From assembly GCA_009914755.4 (NCBI GenBank), contig CP068257.2, positions 8,768,001-8,832,000 on the forward strand: 64,000 nt of DNA, read 5' to 3'. A model generated the notes under the pieces. That model was not told where the DNA came from. It did no database searches and was given only the letters and a program-made list of their open reading frames with translations. This stretch comes from the human T2T-CHM13v2.0 reference genome, Homo sapiens. The stretch's first letter is position 1; each line of letters opens with the position of its first letter. A program made the position numbers and the translations under genes. Positions 39,801-62,920 of this stretch are shown here, piece by piece.

Positions 39801-42800
39801 AGTTTGAGGCCTATGGTGAAAAAGTAAATACCTTCACATAAAAACTAGACAGAAGCATTCTGGGAAACTTCTCTGTGATGTGCGCATTCAACTCACAGAG
39901 GTGAACCTTTCTTTAGATTGAGAAGCTTGGAAACAGTCCTTTTTTAGAATCTGCAAAGGGATATTTCTGAGCCCATTGAGGCCAAGGGTGAAAAAGAAAT
40001 ATCTTCACATAAAAACTGGACAGATGCATTCTGATAAACTTCTTTGTGATGTGTCCATTCATCTCACAGATTTGAACCTTTCTTTGGATTGAGCAGTTTG
40101 GAAAAAGTCTTTTTGTAGTATTTGCAAAAAATATTTGTGAGCCCTTTATGGCCTATGGTGAAAAAGGAAATATCTTCACATAAAAACTACACAGAAGCTT
40201 TCTGAGAAACTACTTTGTGATGTGTGCTTTCATCTCACAGAGATGAACCTATCTTTTGAAAGAGCAGTTTGGAAACACTCTTTTTGTAGAGGCTGTAAAT
40301 GGGCATTTGGAAAATTTTGAGGCCTATGGTGAAAAAGGAAATATCCTCAAATGAAAACCAGACAGAAGCATTCTGAGAAACTTCTTTGTGATGTGTGTAT
40401 TCATCTCACAGAGATGAACATTTCTTTGGATGCAGCAGTTTGGAAACAGTCTTTTTGTAGTATCTGCAGAGGAATATTCATGAGCAGTTTAAGGCCTATG
40501 GTTAAAAAGAATATATCTTCACATAAAAAGCTGACAGATCCATTGTGAGAAACTTGTTTATGATGTGTGCATTCATCTCACAGGGTTGAAACTTTCTTTA
40601 GATTGAGCAGTTTAATAAACAGGCCTTTCATAGAATCTGCAAAGGGATATTTCTGAGCCCATTGAGGCCTATGGTGAAAAAGGAAATATCTTCACATGAA
40701 AGCAAAACAGAAGCTTTCTGAGAAACTTCTTTGTGATATGTGCATGCATCTCACAGTGTTGAACTTTTCTTTTGATAGAGCAGTTTGGAAACAGTCTTTT
40801 TGTACAATCTGCAAAGGGATATTTCTGAGCCATTTGAGGCCTATTGTGATAGAGAAATATCTTCACATAAAACCTATACAAAAGCATTCTGAGAAACTTC
40901 TTTGTAATGTGTGCATTCATCACACAGAGTTGAACTTCTCTTTTGATTGAGCAGTTTGGAAGCAGTCTTTTTGTAGAATATGCAAAAGGATATTTGTGAG
41001 CCCTTTCAGGCCTATGGTGAAATAAGGAATATCTTCACAAAGAAAACTAAACAGAAGATTTCTGAGAAACTTCTTTGTGATGTGTGCTTTCATCTCACAA
41101 AGTTGAACTTTTCTTTTGATTGAGAAGTTTGGAAACAGTCTTTTTGTAGAATCTGAAGATGGATATTTGCAGCATTTTAGGCCTATAGTGAACAGGAAAT
41201 ATCTTCACATAAAAACTAGACAGAAGCATTCTGAGAAACTTCTTTGTGATGTCTGCATTCACATCACAGAGCTGAAACTTTCCTTGGATTGAGAAGTTTG
41301 GAAAGAGTACTTTTGTAGAATCTGTAAAGGGATATTTCTGAGCCAATTGGGGCCTATGGTGAAATAGGAAATGTCTTTACATAAAAACAAGGCAGAAGCT
41401 TTCTGAAAAACTACTTCATGCTGTGTGCATTCACCTCACAGAGTTGAACCTCTCTTTTGATTGAGCAGTTTGGAAACACTCTTTTTGTAGAACTTGCAAA
41501 TGGATATTTGGAGTGCTTTGAGGCCTATGGTGTAAAAGGAAATATCTGCATATAAAAACTAGACAGAAACTTTCTGAGAAACTTCTTTGTGATGCATGCT
41601 TTCATCTCACAGATTTGGACCTTGCTTTTCATTGAGCAATTTGGCAACAATTCATTTTGTAGAATCTGCAAAGGGATATTTGTGACTGGTTTGAGGCCTA
41701 TGGTGAAAAAGTAAATATCTTCACCTAAAACCCAGATAGAAGCATTTTCAGAAAACTCTTGGGATGTTTGCATTCATCTCACTGAGTTGAACCTTTCTGT
41801 TTATTGAGCAGTGTGGAAGCATACTTTTTGTGCAATCTGCAAAGGAATATTTGTTTACGGTTTGAGACCTATGGTGAAAAAGTAATATCTTCACATAAAA
41901 AGTTGACAGAAGCATTCTGAGAAACTAATTTTTTATGTGTGCATTGATCTCAAAGAGTTGAACCTTTCTTTTGATGAAGCAGTTTGGAAACAGTTTTTTG
42001 AAGAATCTGAAAAGGGATATTTGTGATCCCTTTGAGGCCTAAGGTGAAATAGGGAATATCTTCGCATAAAAACTAGACAGAAACTTTCTGAGAAACTTCT
42101 TTGTGATGTGGGCTTTCATCTCACAGATTTGAAACTTCATTTTGATTGAGCAGTTTGGAAAGACTCTTTTTGTAGTATCTGCAGAGGGCTATTAGTGAGC
42201 AGACTGAGGCCTATAGTGAAAAAGGAAATGGCTTCTCAAAAAAACTAGACAGAAGCATTCTGAGAGACTTCTTTGTAATGTGCGCATTCATCTTATAGAG
42301 TTAAACCATTCTTTTGATTGAGCTTTTTGGAAACACTCTTTTTGTGGCATCTGTAAGGGTAAACTTCTGAGCCCATTGAGACCTATTTTGAAATATGAAA
42401 TATCTTCAAATAAAAACTAGATAGAAAGTTTCTAAGAAACTCCTTTGTGATGTGTGCTTTCATCTCACAGAGTTAAAACTTTATTTTGATTCAGCAGTTT
42501 GGAAACACTTTTTTTATAGAATCTGCAAGTGGATATTTGGAGCTCTTTGAGGCCCATGGTGAAAAAGGAAATATCTTCACATATAAACTAAACAGAAGTT
42601 TTCTGAGAAACTTCTTTGTGATGTGTGCATTTATCTCACAGAGCTGTACTGTTCTTTTGATTGAGCAATTTGGAAACAGTTTTTTTGTAAAATCTGCAAA
42701 TGGATATTTGGAGCGCTTTGAGGTGTATGGTGAAAAATGAAACTTCTTCACATAAAACTAGACAAAAGCATTCTGAGAAACTTATTTGTGATGTGTGCTT

Positions 42801-45800
42801 TCGTCACACAAAGTTTAACCTTTCTTTTCATTGAGCAGTTTGCAAACAGTCTTTTTGTAGAATCTGCAAAGGGATATTTGTTAGTGGTTTGAGGCCTATG
42901 GAAAAAGGAAATACCTTCACATAAAAACCAGAGAGAAGCTTTTTGAGAAACCTCTTTGTGATATTTGCATTCATCACACTGAGTCAAATCTTCCTTTTCT
43001 TTGAGCAGTTTGGAAACAGTTTTTTGTACAATCTGTAAAGGGATATTTCTGAGCAGTTTTAGGCCTATGGTGAAAAAGAAATATCTTCACATAAAAATTA
43101 GACAGAAGCATTCTGGGAAACTTCTTTGTGATATACGCATCCAACCCACAGAGTTGAACCTTTCATTTCATTGAGTAGTTCAGAAACAGACGTTTCATAG
43201 AATCTGCAAAGGGATATTTCTGAGCCCTTTGAGGCCTATGGTGAAATAGGAAATATCTTCACATAAAAACTAGACAGAAGCTTTCTGAGAAACTTCTTTG
43301 TGATGCGTGCTTTCATCTCACAGGGTTGAACTTTTTTTTTATTCAGCAGTTTGGAAACAGTCCTTTTGTAGAATCTGCAAAGGGATACTTCTGAGCCCTT
43401 TGAGTACTATAGTGAAATAGGAAATATCTTCACATAATAACTAGACAGAAGCATTCTGAGAAACTTCTTTGTGATGTATGCTTTCATTTCACAGAGTTGA
43501 ACCTTTCCTTTGATTGAGCAGTTTGGAAACACTCTTTTTGTAGAATCTGTAAACAGATATTTGGAGTGCTTTGAGGCATAAGGTGAAAAAGGAAGTATCT
43601 GCACATAAAAACTAGACAGAAACTTTCTGAGAAACTTCTTTGTGATGCGTGCTTTCATCTCACAGATTTGAACCTTTCTTTCATTGAACAGTTTGTGAAC
43701 AAGTCATTTTGTAGAATCTGCAAAGGTATATTTGTGAGCGGTTTGAGGCCTATGGTGAAAAACTAAATATCTTCACATAAAAACCAGACAGAAACTTTTT
43801 GAGATATCTTTGTGATATTTGCATTCATCTCAAAGAGTTGAACCTCTCTCTTCATTGAGGAGTTTGGAGACATTCTTTTTGTGCAATCTGCAAAGGAATA
43901 TTTCTGAGTGGTTTGAGGCCTATGGTGAAAAAGAAATAACTTCACATAAAAACTTGACAGAAGCATTCTGAGAAACTTCTTTTTTATCTGTGCATTCACC
44001 TCACAGAGTTGAACCTTTCTTTTCATTGAGCAGTTTGGAAGCAGTCTTTTTGTAGAATCTGCAAAGGGATATTTGTGATCCCCTTGAGTTCTATGGTGAA
44101 ATAGGAAATATATTCACATAAATACTAGACAGAAGCTTTCTGAGAAACTTCTTTGTGATGTGTGCTTTCATCCTACAGAGTTGAACCTTTCTTTTGGTTG
44201 ATAACTTTGGAAACAGTATTTTTGAAGAATCTACAAACGGATATTTGGAGAGATTTGAGGCCTACACTTAAAAAGGAAATATATGCATATAAAAACAAGA
44301 CAGAAGCATTTTGAGAAACTTCTTTGTGATGTGCACTTTCATTTCACAGAGTTGAATCTTTCTTTTGAATGAGCAGCTTGGAAACAGTCTTTTTGTACAA
44401 TCTGCAAAGGTATATTTCTGAGCCATTTGAGGCTTATGGTGAAAACGAAATATCTGCACATAAAAACTTGACAGAAGCATTCTGAGAAACTTCTTTGTGA
44501 TATGTCCATTCATGTCACAGAGTTGAACCTTTCTTTTGATTGAGCAGTTTGGAAGCAGTCCTTTTGTAGAATCTGCAAGGGATACTTGTGAGCCCTTTAT
44601 GGCCTGTGGTGAAATATGAAATATCTTCACATAAAAACTAGACAGAAGATTTCTGAGAAAATTCTTTCTGATGTGTGCTTTCATCTCACAGTGTTGAACC
44701 TTTCTTTTGATTGAGCAGTTTGGAAAGTCTGTTTGTCGAATCTGCAAATGGATATTTGGAACTATTTGAGGCCCATGGTGAAAAAGAAAGTATCTTCACA
44801 TAAAAACTAGACAGAAGATTTCTGAGAAACTTCTTTGTGTTGTGTAAATTCATGTCACAGAATTCAACCTTTCTTTCGATTGAGCAGTTTGGAAACAGTA
44901 TTTTGTAGAAGCTGCAAAGGGAAATTTCTTAGCCGTTTGAGTCCTATAGTGAAAAAGAAATATCTTCACATAAAAACTAGACAGAAGCTTTCTAAGAAAC
45001 TTCTTTGTGATGTGTCCATTCATCTCACAGAGTTAAACCTTTCTTTTGATTGAGGAGTTTGGAAAATGTCTTTTCTTAGAATCTACAAAGGGATATTTGT
45101 GAGCCCTTTATGGCCTATGTTGAAATATGAAATATCTTCACATAAAAACTAGACAGAAGCTTTCTGAGAAACTCCTCTGTGTTGTGCACGTTTGTATCAC
45201 AGAGTTGAACCTTTCATTTGATTGAGCAGTTTGGAAACAGTCTTTTTGTAGAATCTGCAAATGTATATTTGGAGTGTTTTAAGGCCTATAGTGAAAAAGG
45301 AAATATCTTCACATAAAAACTACACAGTAGCTTTTTGAGAAAACTCTTTGTGACATTTCCATTCATATCTAAGAGTTGACCATTTCTTTTCAGTGAGCAG
45401 TTTGGAAACAGTTTTTTTGTAGAAACTGCAAGGGGATATTTCTGAGCAGTTTGAGGCCAATGGTGAAAAATAAATATCTTCACATGAAAACTAGACAAAA
45501 GCATTTTCAGAAACTTCTTTGTGATGTGTGCATTCATCTCACAGAGTTGAACGTTTCTTTTGATTGAGCAATTTGTAGAAAGTCTCTTGGTAGTATAAGT
45601 GGAGTTATATTTGTGAGCGGTTTAAGGCCTATGGTGCAAAAGGAAATACCTTCACATAAAAAGTAGACAGAAGCTTTCTGAGAAACTTCTTTGTGATGTG
45701 TGCTTTCGTCTCACAGAGTTGATCCTTTCTTTTGATTCACCAGTTTGGAAACATTCTTTTTTGTAGAATCTGCAAATGGATATTTGGAGTGATTTGAGGC

Positions 45801-48800
45801 CTATGGTGAAAAAGGAAATATCTTCACATAAAAACTAGACAGAAGAATTCTGAGAAACTTCTTTGTGATGAGTCCATTCATCTCACAGAGTTGAAACATT
45901 CTTTGATGGACCAGTTTGGAAACAGTCTTTTTATAGTATCTGCAGAGGGATATTTTTGAGCGGTTTAAAGACTATGGTGAAAAAGGAAATATCTTCACAT
46001 AATAACTAGACAGAAGCATTCTGAGAAACTTCTTTGTGATGTGTGCATTCATCTTACAATGTTGAACGTTTCTTTTGATTGAGCAGTTTGGAAACAGAAC
46101 TTTTGTAGAATCTGCAAAGGGATATTTGTGAGCCCATTGATTCCTATGGTGAAATAGAAATTATCTTGAAATAAAAACTAGGCAGAAGATTTCTGAGAAA
46201 CTTCTTTGTGATGTGTGCTTTCATCTCACAGAGTTGAAAATGTCTTTTGATTGAGCAGTTTGGAAACAGTCTTTTTGTATAATCTGCAAATGGATATTTG
46301 GAGCACTTTGTGGCCTAAGGTGAAAATGGAAATATCTTCACATAAAAACTAGATAGAAGAATTCTGAGAAACTTCTTTGTGATGTGTGCATTCATCTCAG
46401 AGAGGTGAACTTTTCTTTTGATGGAGCAGTTTGGAAACAGTATTTTTTTAGTATCTGCAGAAGGATATTTGTGAGCAGTTTAAGGCCTATGGTGAAAAAG
46501 GAAATATCTTCACATAAAAACTAGACAGAAGCTTTCTGAGAAACTTCTTTCTGATGTGTGTATTCATCTCACAGTGTTGAAACTTTATTTTGTTTGAGAA
46601 GTTTAGAAACAGTCTTTTTCTGCAATCTGCAAAGGTATATTTCTGAGCCATTTGAGGTCTATGGTGAAAAAGAAATAACTTCACATTTAAACTAGACAGA
46701 AGAATTCTGAGGAACTTCTTTGTGATGTCTCCATTCATTTGACAGAGTTGAATGTTTCTTTTAATTCAGAAGTTCAGCAACCATATTTTTGTAGAATCTG
46801 CAAAGATATATTTGTGAGACATTTGAAGCCTATAGTGAAATAGTAAATATCTTCACATAAAAACTAGACAAAAGAATTCTGAGAAACTTCATTCTAATGT
46901 GTGCATTCACCTCACAGAATTTAACCTTTCTTTTGATTGAGCAGTATGGAAATGGTCCTCTTTTAGAATCTGCAAAGGGATATTTCTTAGCCCTTTTAGG
47001 CCTATGGTGAAACTGGAAATATCTTCACATGAAAACCAGACTGAAGCTTTCTGAGAAACTTCTATGAGATGTGTGCTTTCATCTCACAGAGTTAAACCTT
47101 TCTTTTGATTCAGCAGTTTGGAAACACTCTTTTTGTGAACTCTGTAAATGGATATTAAGGGTGCTTTGAGGCCATTGGTGACAAAGGAAATATCTTCACA
47201 TAAAAACCAAACAGAAGTTTTCTGAGAAACTACTCTTTTATGTGTCCATTAATCTAACAGAGTTGAAACTTTCTTTTTATTGAGCAGTTTGGATACGGTC
47301 TTTTTGTAGAATCTGCAAAAAATATTTGTGAGCCCTTTATTGCCTATGGTGAAGTAGGAATTTTCTTCACATATAAACTAGACAGAAGCATTCTGAGAAA
47401 CTTCTTTGTGATGTGTGCATTAATCTCACAGAGTTGAAACTTTCTTTGGATTGAGCAGTTTGGAAACAGGCTTTTTGTAGAATCTGCAAAGGGATATTTC
47501 TGAGTCCATTGAGTACTATGGTGAAATGTGAAATATCTTCACATAAAAACTAGACAGAAGCTTTCTAAGAAACTTGTTTGTGATGTGTGCTTTCATCTCA
47601 CAGAATTGAAACTTTCTTTTGATTGAGGAGTATGGAAACACTCTTTTTCTAGAATCTGCAAATGGATATTTGGAACACTTTGACGTCCATTGTGAAAAAC
47701 AAAATATCTTCACATAAAAACTAAACAGAAGCTTTCTGAGAAACTTCCTTGTGATGTGTGCATTCATCTCACAGAGTTGAACCTTTCTTTTGATTGAGCA
47801 GGTTGGAAAGAGGCTTATTGTACAATCTGCAAAGGGATAATTCTGATCCGTTTGAGGCCTATGGTGAAAGAGAAATATCTTCACATAAAAACTAGACAGA
47901 GTCAGTCCGAGAAATTTCTTTGTGATGTGTCCATTCATCTCACAGAGTTGAAACTTTCTTTTGATTAAACAGTTTGGAAACTGTCTTTTTGTAGAACCTT
48001 CAAAGGGATATTTGTGAGCCCTTTATGGCGTCAGGTGAAATAGGAAATATCTTCACATACAAACTAGAGAGAAGCTATCTGAGTAACTTTTTTGTGATGT
48101 GTGCTTTCATCTCAGAGAGCTAAAAATTTGTTTTGATTGATCAGTTGGGAAACAGTCTTTTTGTAGAATCTGCAAACGGATATTTGGATTGCTTTGAGGC
48201 CTATGTTGAGAAAGGAAATATCTTCACATAAAAACAAGACAGAAGATTTCTGAGAAACTTCTTGTTATGTGTGCACTCATCTCACATGTTTGAACCTTTC
48301 TTTTGATTGAGCAGTTTGGAAACAGTATTTTTGTACAATCTACAAAGGGATATTTCTGAACGGTTTGATGCCTATGGTGAAAAAGAAATATCTTCACATA
48401 AAAACTAGACCGAAGCATTATGAGAAAGTAATTTATTATGTGTGCATTCATCTCACAGAGCTGAACCTTTCTTTTCATGGAGCAGTTCGAAAATTGTGTT
48501 TTTGTAGAGTCTGCAAAGGGATATTTGTGAGACCTTTGAGGCCTATGGTGATATAGGAAATATCTTCACAAAAAAAGTAGACAGAAGCATTATGAGAAAC
48601 TTCTCTGTGATGTGTGCTTTCTTCTCACAGAGTTGAATCTTTCTTTTAATTGAACAGTTTGGAAACTCTTTTTTTGTAGATTCTGCAAAAGGATATTTGG
48701 AGCACTTTGAGGCCTATGGTGAAAAAGGAAATATCTTCACTTAAAAACTAAACAGAAGCTTTCTGAAAAACTTCTTTGTGATGTGCATATTCATGTCACA

Positions 48801-48987
48801 GTGTTGAACCCTTGTTTTCATTGAGCAGTTTGAAAACCATCTTTTTGTACAATCTGCAAAGGGATATTTCTGAGCACTTTGAGGCCTAAGGTGAAAAACA
48901 AATATCTTAACATAAAAAGTAGACAGAGGCATTCTGAGAAACTTCTTTATCATGTATGCATTCTTCTCCCGGAGTTAAACCATTCTT
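33891..48987 (+). repeat. Alpha satellite, + orientation, diverged monomeric array with no intact CENP-B boxes seen
   Basis: Continuous 171-bp periodicity. The CENP-B-box position reads agtttggaaacagtc (no CGGGA core). A mix of 'caaagggatatttgtgagc' and 'caaatggatatttggagc' monomer variants. Confidence 0.95.
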
Positions 48988-52592
<3,605 letters not shown>

Positions 52593-55500
52593 CAGTTCAA
52601 TGGGAAGAAACTACTTGTGTGTGATGAATGCACACGTCACAAAGGAGTTAGTCAGAAAACTTCTTTCTACTTTTAATGTGAAGATATTTCCTTTTTCACC
52701 ATATGCCTCAATGTGTTCCCAGGTATCCCTTTGCAGATTCTACAAAAAGACTGTTTCTAAACTGCTCAATAAACAGAATGGTTCAACCCTGTGAGACGAA
52801 TGTGCACATCACAAAGAAGTTTCTCAGAAAACTTCCTTCCCGTTTTTATGTGAAGAGATTTCCTTTTTGAATATAGGCCTCAAAGCACTCCCAAATATAC
52901 CTCTGCAGAATCTACAAAAAGACTGTTTCCAAAGTGCTCAATCAAAAGAATGTTTCAACTCTGTTAGATGAATGCACACATCAGAAAGTAGTTTCTCAGC
53001 AAGCTTCTCACTAGTTTTTAGGTGAAGATAGTTCCTTTTTCAACGTGGTTCTCAAAGCACTCAAAAATATCCCTTTGCAGACTCTAGAATAACAGAGTTT
53101 ATTAACTGCTCAATGAAAAGAAAGATTTACCTCTGTGAGATGAATACACATATCTTAAAGCAGCTTCTCAGAATGCTTCTTTCTAGTTTTTATGTGAAGA
53201 TATTTCCTTTTTCACCATAGGCCTCAACACACACCTAAATATCCCTCTGCAGATTGTACAAAAAGACTTTCCAAACTGCTCAATCAAAACAAATGTTAAA
53301 CTCTATGAGATAAATGCACACATCACAAAAAGTTTCTCAGAAAACTTTTGTCTAGTTTTTATGTGATGATATTTCCTTATTCACCATAGGCCTGAAAGCG
53401 CTACAAATATCCTTCTGCAGATTCTACAAAAAGACTGTTTGCAAACTGCTCAATCCAAAAAATGATTCAACTCTGTGAGATGAATGCACACATCACAAAG
53501 AAGTTTCTCAGAAACATTCTTTATGGTTTTTCTGTGAAGGTATTTCCTTTTTCACCATAGGCCTCAAAGCCCTCACAAATATCCCTTTGCAGATTCTACA
53601 AAAAGACTGTTTCCAAACCGCTCAATAAAAAGAATTATTGAACACTGTGAGATGAATGCACACAGATCAAAGAGGTTTCTCAGAGTCCTTCAGTCTGGTT
53701 TTTATGTGAATATATTTCCTTTTACAACATAGGCCTCAAAGCGCTCCAAATGTCCATTTGCAGACTCTACAAAAAGACTGTTTCCAAACGGCTCAATCAA
53801 AACAAAGTTTCAACTCTGTGTGATTAATGCACACATCATGAAGAAGTTTCTCAGAATGCTTCTGTCTAGTTTTTATGTGAAGATACTTGCTTTTTCACCA
53901 TAGGCCTCAAAGTGCTCACAAATATCCCTTTAGAGATTCTACAAAAATACTTTTTCCAAATTGCTCAATCAAAAGAAAGGTTCAATCCTGTGAGATGTAT
54001 GCACACCACAAAGAGGTTTCTCAGAAAGCTTCTCTCTAGTTTTTACATGAAGATATTTCCTTTTTCACCATAGGCCTCCAAGTGTTCACAAATATCCCTT
54101 TGCAGATTCTACAAAAAGACTCTTTACACATTACTCAATCAAAAGAATGTTTCATCTCTGTGAGGTGAATGCTCACATCACCAGGATGTTTCTCAGAAAG
54201 CTTCTGTGTAGTTTTTATGTGAAGATATTTCCTTTTTCACCATACGCCTCAAAGGGCTCACAAATATCCCTTTGCAGTTTTTAGAAGAAAAGAGTTTCCA
54301 ATCTTCTCAATGAAAAGAAAGAGACACATCTTGGAGATGAATGCACATATCACAAAGCAGTTTCTGAGAAACATTCTGTCTAGTTTTTATGTGAAGGTAT
54401 CTCCTTTTTCACCACAGGATGCAAAGCACTCAAAATTGTTGCTTTGCAGATTCTACAAAAAGTTTGTTTCCACAGTGCTCATCAAAAGAAAGGTTCACCT
54501 CTGTGAGATGAATGCACGTGTCAAAAAGAAGTTTCTCAGAAAGCTTCTATTAAGTTTTCATGTGAATGTTTCCTTTTTCACCATGAGCCTCAAAGTGCTC
54601 ACAAATATCCAGTTGAGGAATATTTACAAAGACTATTTCCAAACCGCTCAACCAAAAGAAAGGTTGAACTGTGTGAGATGAATGCACACATCACAAAGGA
54701 GTTTCTCAGAAACCTTCTTTATAGTTTTTCTGTGAAGATATTTCCTTTTTCATCATAGGCCTCAAAGCCCTCACAAATATCTCTTTGCAGATTCTACAAA
54801 AACACTGTTTCCAAACCACTCAATAAAAATAATTATTGAACTTTTTGAGATGAATGCACACATCTCAAAGAAGTTTCTCAGAAACCTTCAGTCTGGTTTT
54901 TATGTGAATATATTTCCTTTTTCACCATAAGCCTCAAAATGCTCCAAATATCCATTTGCAGGTTCTACAAAAAGACTGTTTCCAAACGGCTCAATGAAAA
55001 GAAAGTTTCAACTTTGTTAGATGAATGCATACATCACTGAGAAGTTTCGCAGGAGAATTCTGTCTAATTTTTATATGAAGACATTTCCTTTTTCACCACA
55101 GGCCTCCATCTGCTCACAAATATCTCTTAGCAGATTCTACAAGAACAGAATTTCCAGACTGATCAAAGAAAACAAACGTTTTTCTCTGTGAGATGAATGC
55201 ACACATCACAAAACTGTTTCTCAGAACCTTCTTTATACTTCTTATGTGATGATATTTCTTTTTTCTCCCTAGGACTCAAAGAGCTCAAAAATATCCCTTT
55301 GCAGATTCTACAAAAATATTGTTTCCAAACTGCACAATCAAAAAAATAGTTCAACTCCATGAGATGAATGCATACGTCACAAAGAAGTTTCTCAGAAACC
55401 TTCTTTATAGTTTTTATATGAAGATATTTCCTTTTTCACCATAGGCCTCAAAGTGCTCAGCAATATCCCTTTGCAGATTCTGCAAAAAGACTGCTTCCCA

Positions 55501-58500
55501 CCTGCTGAATCAAAAAAATGTTTAAACTCTGTGAGATGGATGCACACTTTACAACGAGGTTTCTCAGAAATCTTCTGTCCATTTTTTATGTGAAGATATT
55601 TCCTTTTTCACCATAGCACTCAAAGTCCTGACAAATATTCCTTGCAGATTCTACAAAAAGACTGTTTCCAGACTGCTCAATCAAAAGAATGGTTCAACTC
55701 TGTGAGATGATTGCACACATCACAAAGAAGCCACTAAGAAAGCTTCTGTCTAGTTTTTAAGTGAAGATATTTCCTGTTTCACCATAGGCCTCAAAGCACT
55801 CACAAATATCCCTTTGCAGATTCTACAAGAACAGAGATTCCAGACTGATCAGAGAAAATAAACGTTTACTTCTGTGAGATCAGTGCACACATGACAAAGC
55901 TGTTGCTAAGAACCCTTCTTTATACATTTTATATGAATATATTTCCTTTTTCACCATTGGCCTCAAAGCGCTCATAAATATCCCTTTGCAGATTCCACAA
56001 ACAGACGGTTTCCATACTGCTCAATCAAAAGTAAGTTTCATCTTTGTGAGATGAATGCCCACATCACAAAGAGGTTTCTCAGAAAGCCTCTCACTAATTT
56101 TTATGTGAAGATATTTCCTTTTTCACCATAGGCCTCAAAGCGCTCACAAATATCCCTTTGCAGACTCTACGAGAACAGTTGCCAGACTGACCAGAGAAAA
56201 GAAACATTTACCTCTGTGAGACGAGTGCATACATCACAAAGCTGTTTCTGAGAAACCATGTTTATACTTTTTATGTGAATATATTTCCTTTTTCACCATA
56301 GGTCTTAAAGCACTCATAAATATCCCTTTGCAGATTTTACAAAAAGACTGTTTCCAAACTGTTCAATCAAAAGAATGGTTGAACTCTATGAGATGAATGC
56401 AAACATCACAAAGAAGTTTCTCACAAAGCTGTTTAGTTTTTATGTGAAGATATCTCCTATTTCATCTTAGGTCTCATAGCTCTCAAAAATATGCCTTTAT
56501 GGATTCTACAAAAATACTGTATCCAAATTGCTCAATCCAAAGAGAGGTTCAAATCTGTGACATGAATGCACACATCACAAGGAGGTTTCTCAGAAAGCTT
56601 CTCTCTAGTTTTCCTGTGAAAATATTTCCTTTTCCACCATAGGCTTCAAAGCATCACAAATATCCCTTTGCAGATTCTACCTACCAAAGTACTGTTTACA
56701 AACTGCTCAATCAAAAGAATGTTTCAACTCTGTGAGATGAATTCTCGCATCTCCAAGATGTTTCACAGAAAGCTTCTGTCTAGTTTTTACGTGAAGATAA
56801 TTCCTTTTTCACCATAAACCTCAAAGCGCTGACAAATATCCTTTTGCAGATTTTACAAGAACAGAATTTCCAATCTGCTCAATGAAGGGAAATAGTTACC
56901 TCTGTGGGATGAAAGCACACATCACAAAGCAGTTTCTCAGAAATATTCTGTCTAGTATTTATGTAAAGATAATTCCTTTTTCAACACAGGACACAAAGCG
57001 CTAACTAATAACACTTTGGAAATTCTACAAAATACTGTCTCCAAACTGCTCATCAAAAGAAAGTTTCATCTCTATGCAATGAATGTATATATCAAAAAGA
57101 TGTTTCTCAGAAATCTTCTATCTTGTTTTTATGTGAGTGTGTTTCCTTTTTCACCATGGGCCTCAAAGTGCTCAAAAATATCCCTTTGCAGATCCTAAAA
57201 AAAGACTGTTTCCAAACTGCTGAATGAAAGGAATGGTTCAACTCTGTGAGATGAATGCACACATTACAAAGAAGTTTCTCACAAACCTTCTTTATAGTTT
57301 TTATGTGAAGATATTTCTTTTTAACCATAGACCTCAAAGCACTCACAAATATACCTTTGCAGATTCTACAAAAAGACGGTTTCCCAACTGCTCAATCAAA
57401 AGAATTGTTGAACTCTGTGAGATGAATGCATACATCACAAAGCAGTTTGTCAGAATTCTTTAGTCTAGTTTTTATGTGAAGATATTTTCTCTTTCACCAT
57501 AGGCCTCAAAGTGCTCAGAAATATCCCTTTACAGATTCCACAAAAAGACGTTTCCAAACTGCTCAATCAAAAGAAAGTTTCAATTCTGTGAGATGAATGC
57601 ACACATCACCAAGAAGTTTCTCAGGATGCTTCTGCCTAGTTTTTATGTGAAGACAATTCCTTTTTCACCATAGGGCTCTATGAACTCAAAAATATCCCTT
57701 AGCAGATTCTAAAACAACAGAGTTTGCCATATTATCAAAGAAAAGAATCGTTTAACTCTGTGAGATGAAAGCAGACATCACAAAACAGTTTCTCAGAAAA
57801 CTTCTTTATAGTTTTCTATGAAGATACTTCTTTTTCTGCATAGGCCTCAAAGTGCTCACAAATATCCGTTTGCAGATTCTGCAAAAATACTGTTTCCAAA
57901 CTGCTGAAGCAAAAGAGAGGTTCAAATCTGTGAGATGAATGCACATATCACAAAGAGGTATCTCAGAATCTTTCCTTATACTTTGTATGTGAAGATATTT
58001 CCTTTGTCAACATAAGCCTCAAAGTGATCAAAAATACTCCTTTTCAGATTGTACAAGAACAGAGTTTCCAGACTGATCAGAGAAAAGAAATGCTTACCTC
58101 TGCGAGATGAGTGCACACATCACAAGGCTGTTTTTAGGAAACCTGCTTCACAGTTCTTATGTGAAGGTATGTTTTTTCCACCATAGGCCTCACAGCGTTC
58201 CAAATATCCACTAGCAGATTTTACAAAAAGAGTGTTTCAAAACTGCTCAATCAAAGGAAAGGTTGAACTCTGTGAGATGAATGCAAACATCACAAAGGAG
58301 TTTCTCAGAATGCTTCTGTCTAATTTTTATGTTAAGGTATTTCCCTTTCCACCATAGGCATCAAAGCGCTCCAAATATCCACATGCAGATACGACAAAAA
58401 GACTGTTTCCAAACTGCTCAATCAAAAGTGTGGTTCAACTCTCTGAGATGAATACACACATAACTAAGAAGTTTCTCAGAATGCTTCTGTCTAGTTTTCA

Positions 58501-58671
58501 TATGAAGATATTTCCTTTTCCAACATAGGCCTCAAATCGCCCCAAATATCCACTTGTAGATTCTACAAAAAGAATATTTCAAAACTGGTCTATCAAAAGA
58601 AAATTTGAACTCGGTGAGATGAACACACACATCACAAAGAAGTTTCTCAGAATGCTTCTGTCTAGTTTTCC
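52593..58671 (-). repeat. Alpha satellite, inverted (-) orientation
   Basis: Monomers now read ...gttcaactctgtgagatgaatgcacacatcacaaagaagtttctcagaatgcttctgtctagtttttatgtgaagatatttcctttttcaccataggcctcaaag..., the reverse complement of the upstream array. Confidence 0.95.
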
Positions 58672-62889
<4,218 letters not shown>

Positions 62890-62920
<31 letters not shown>
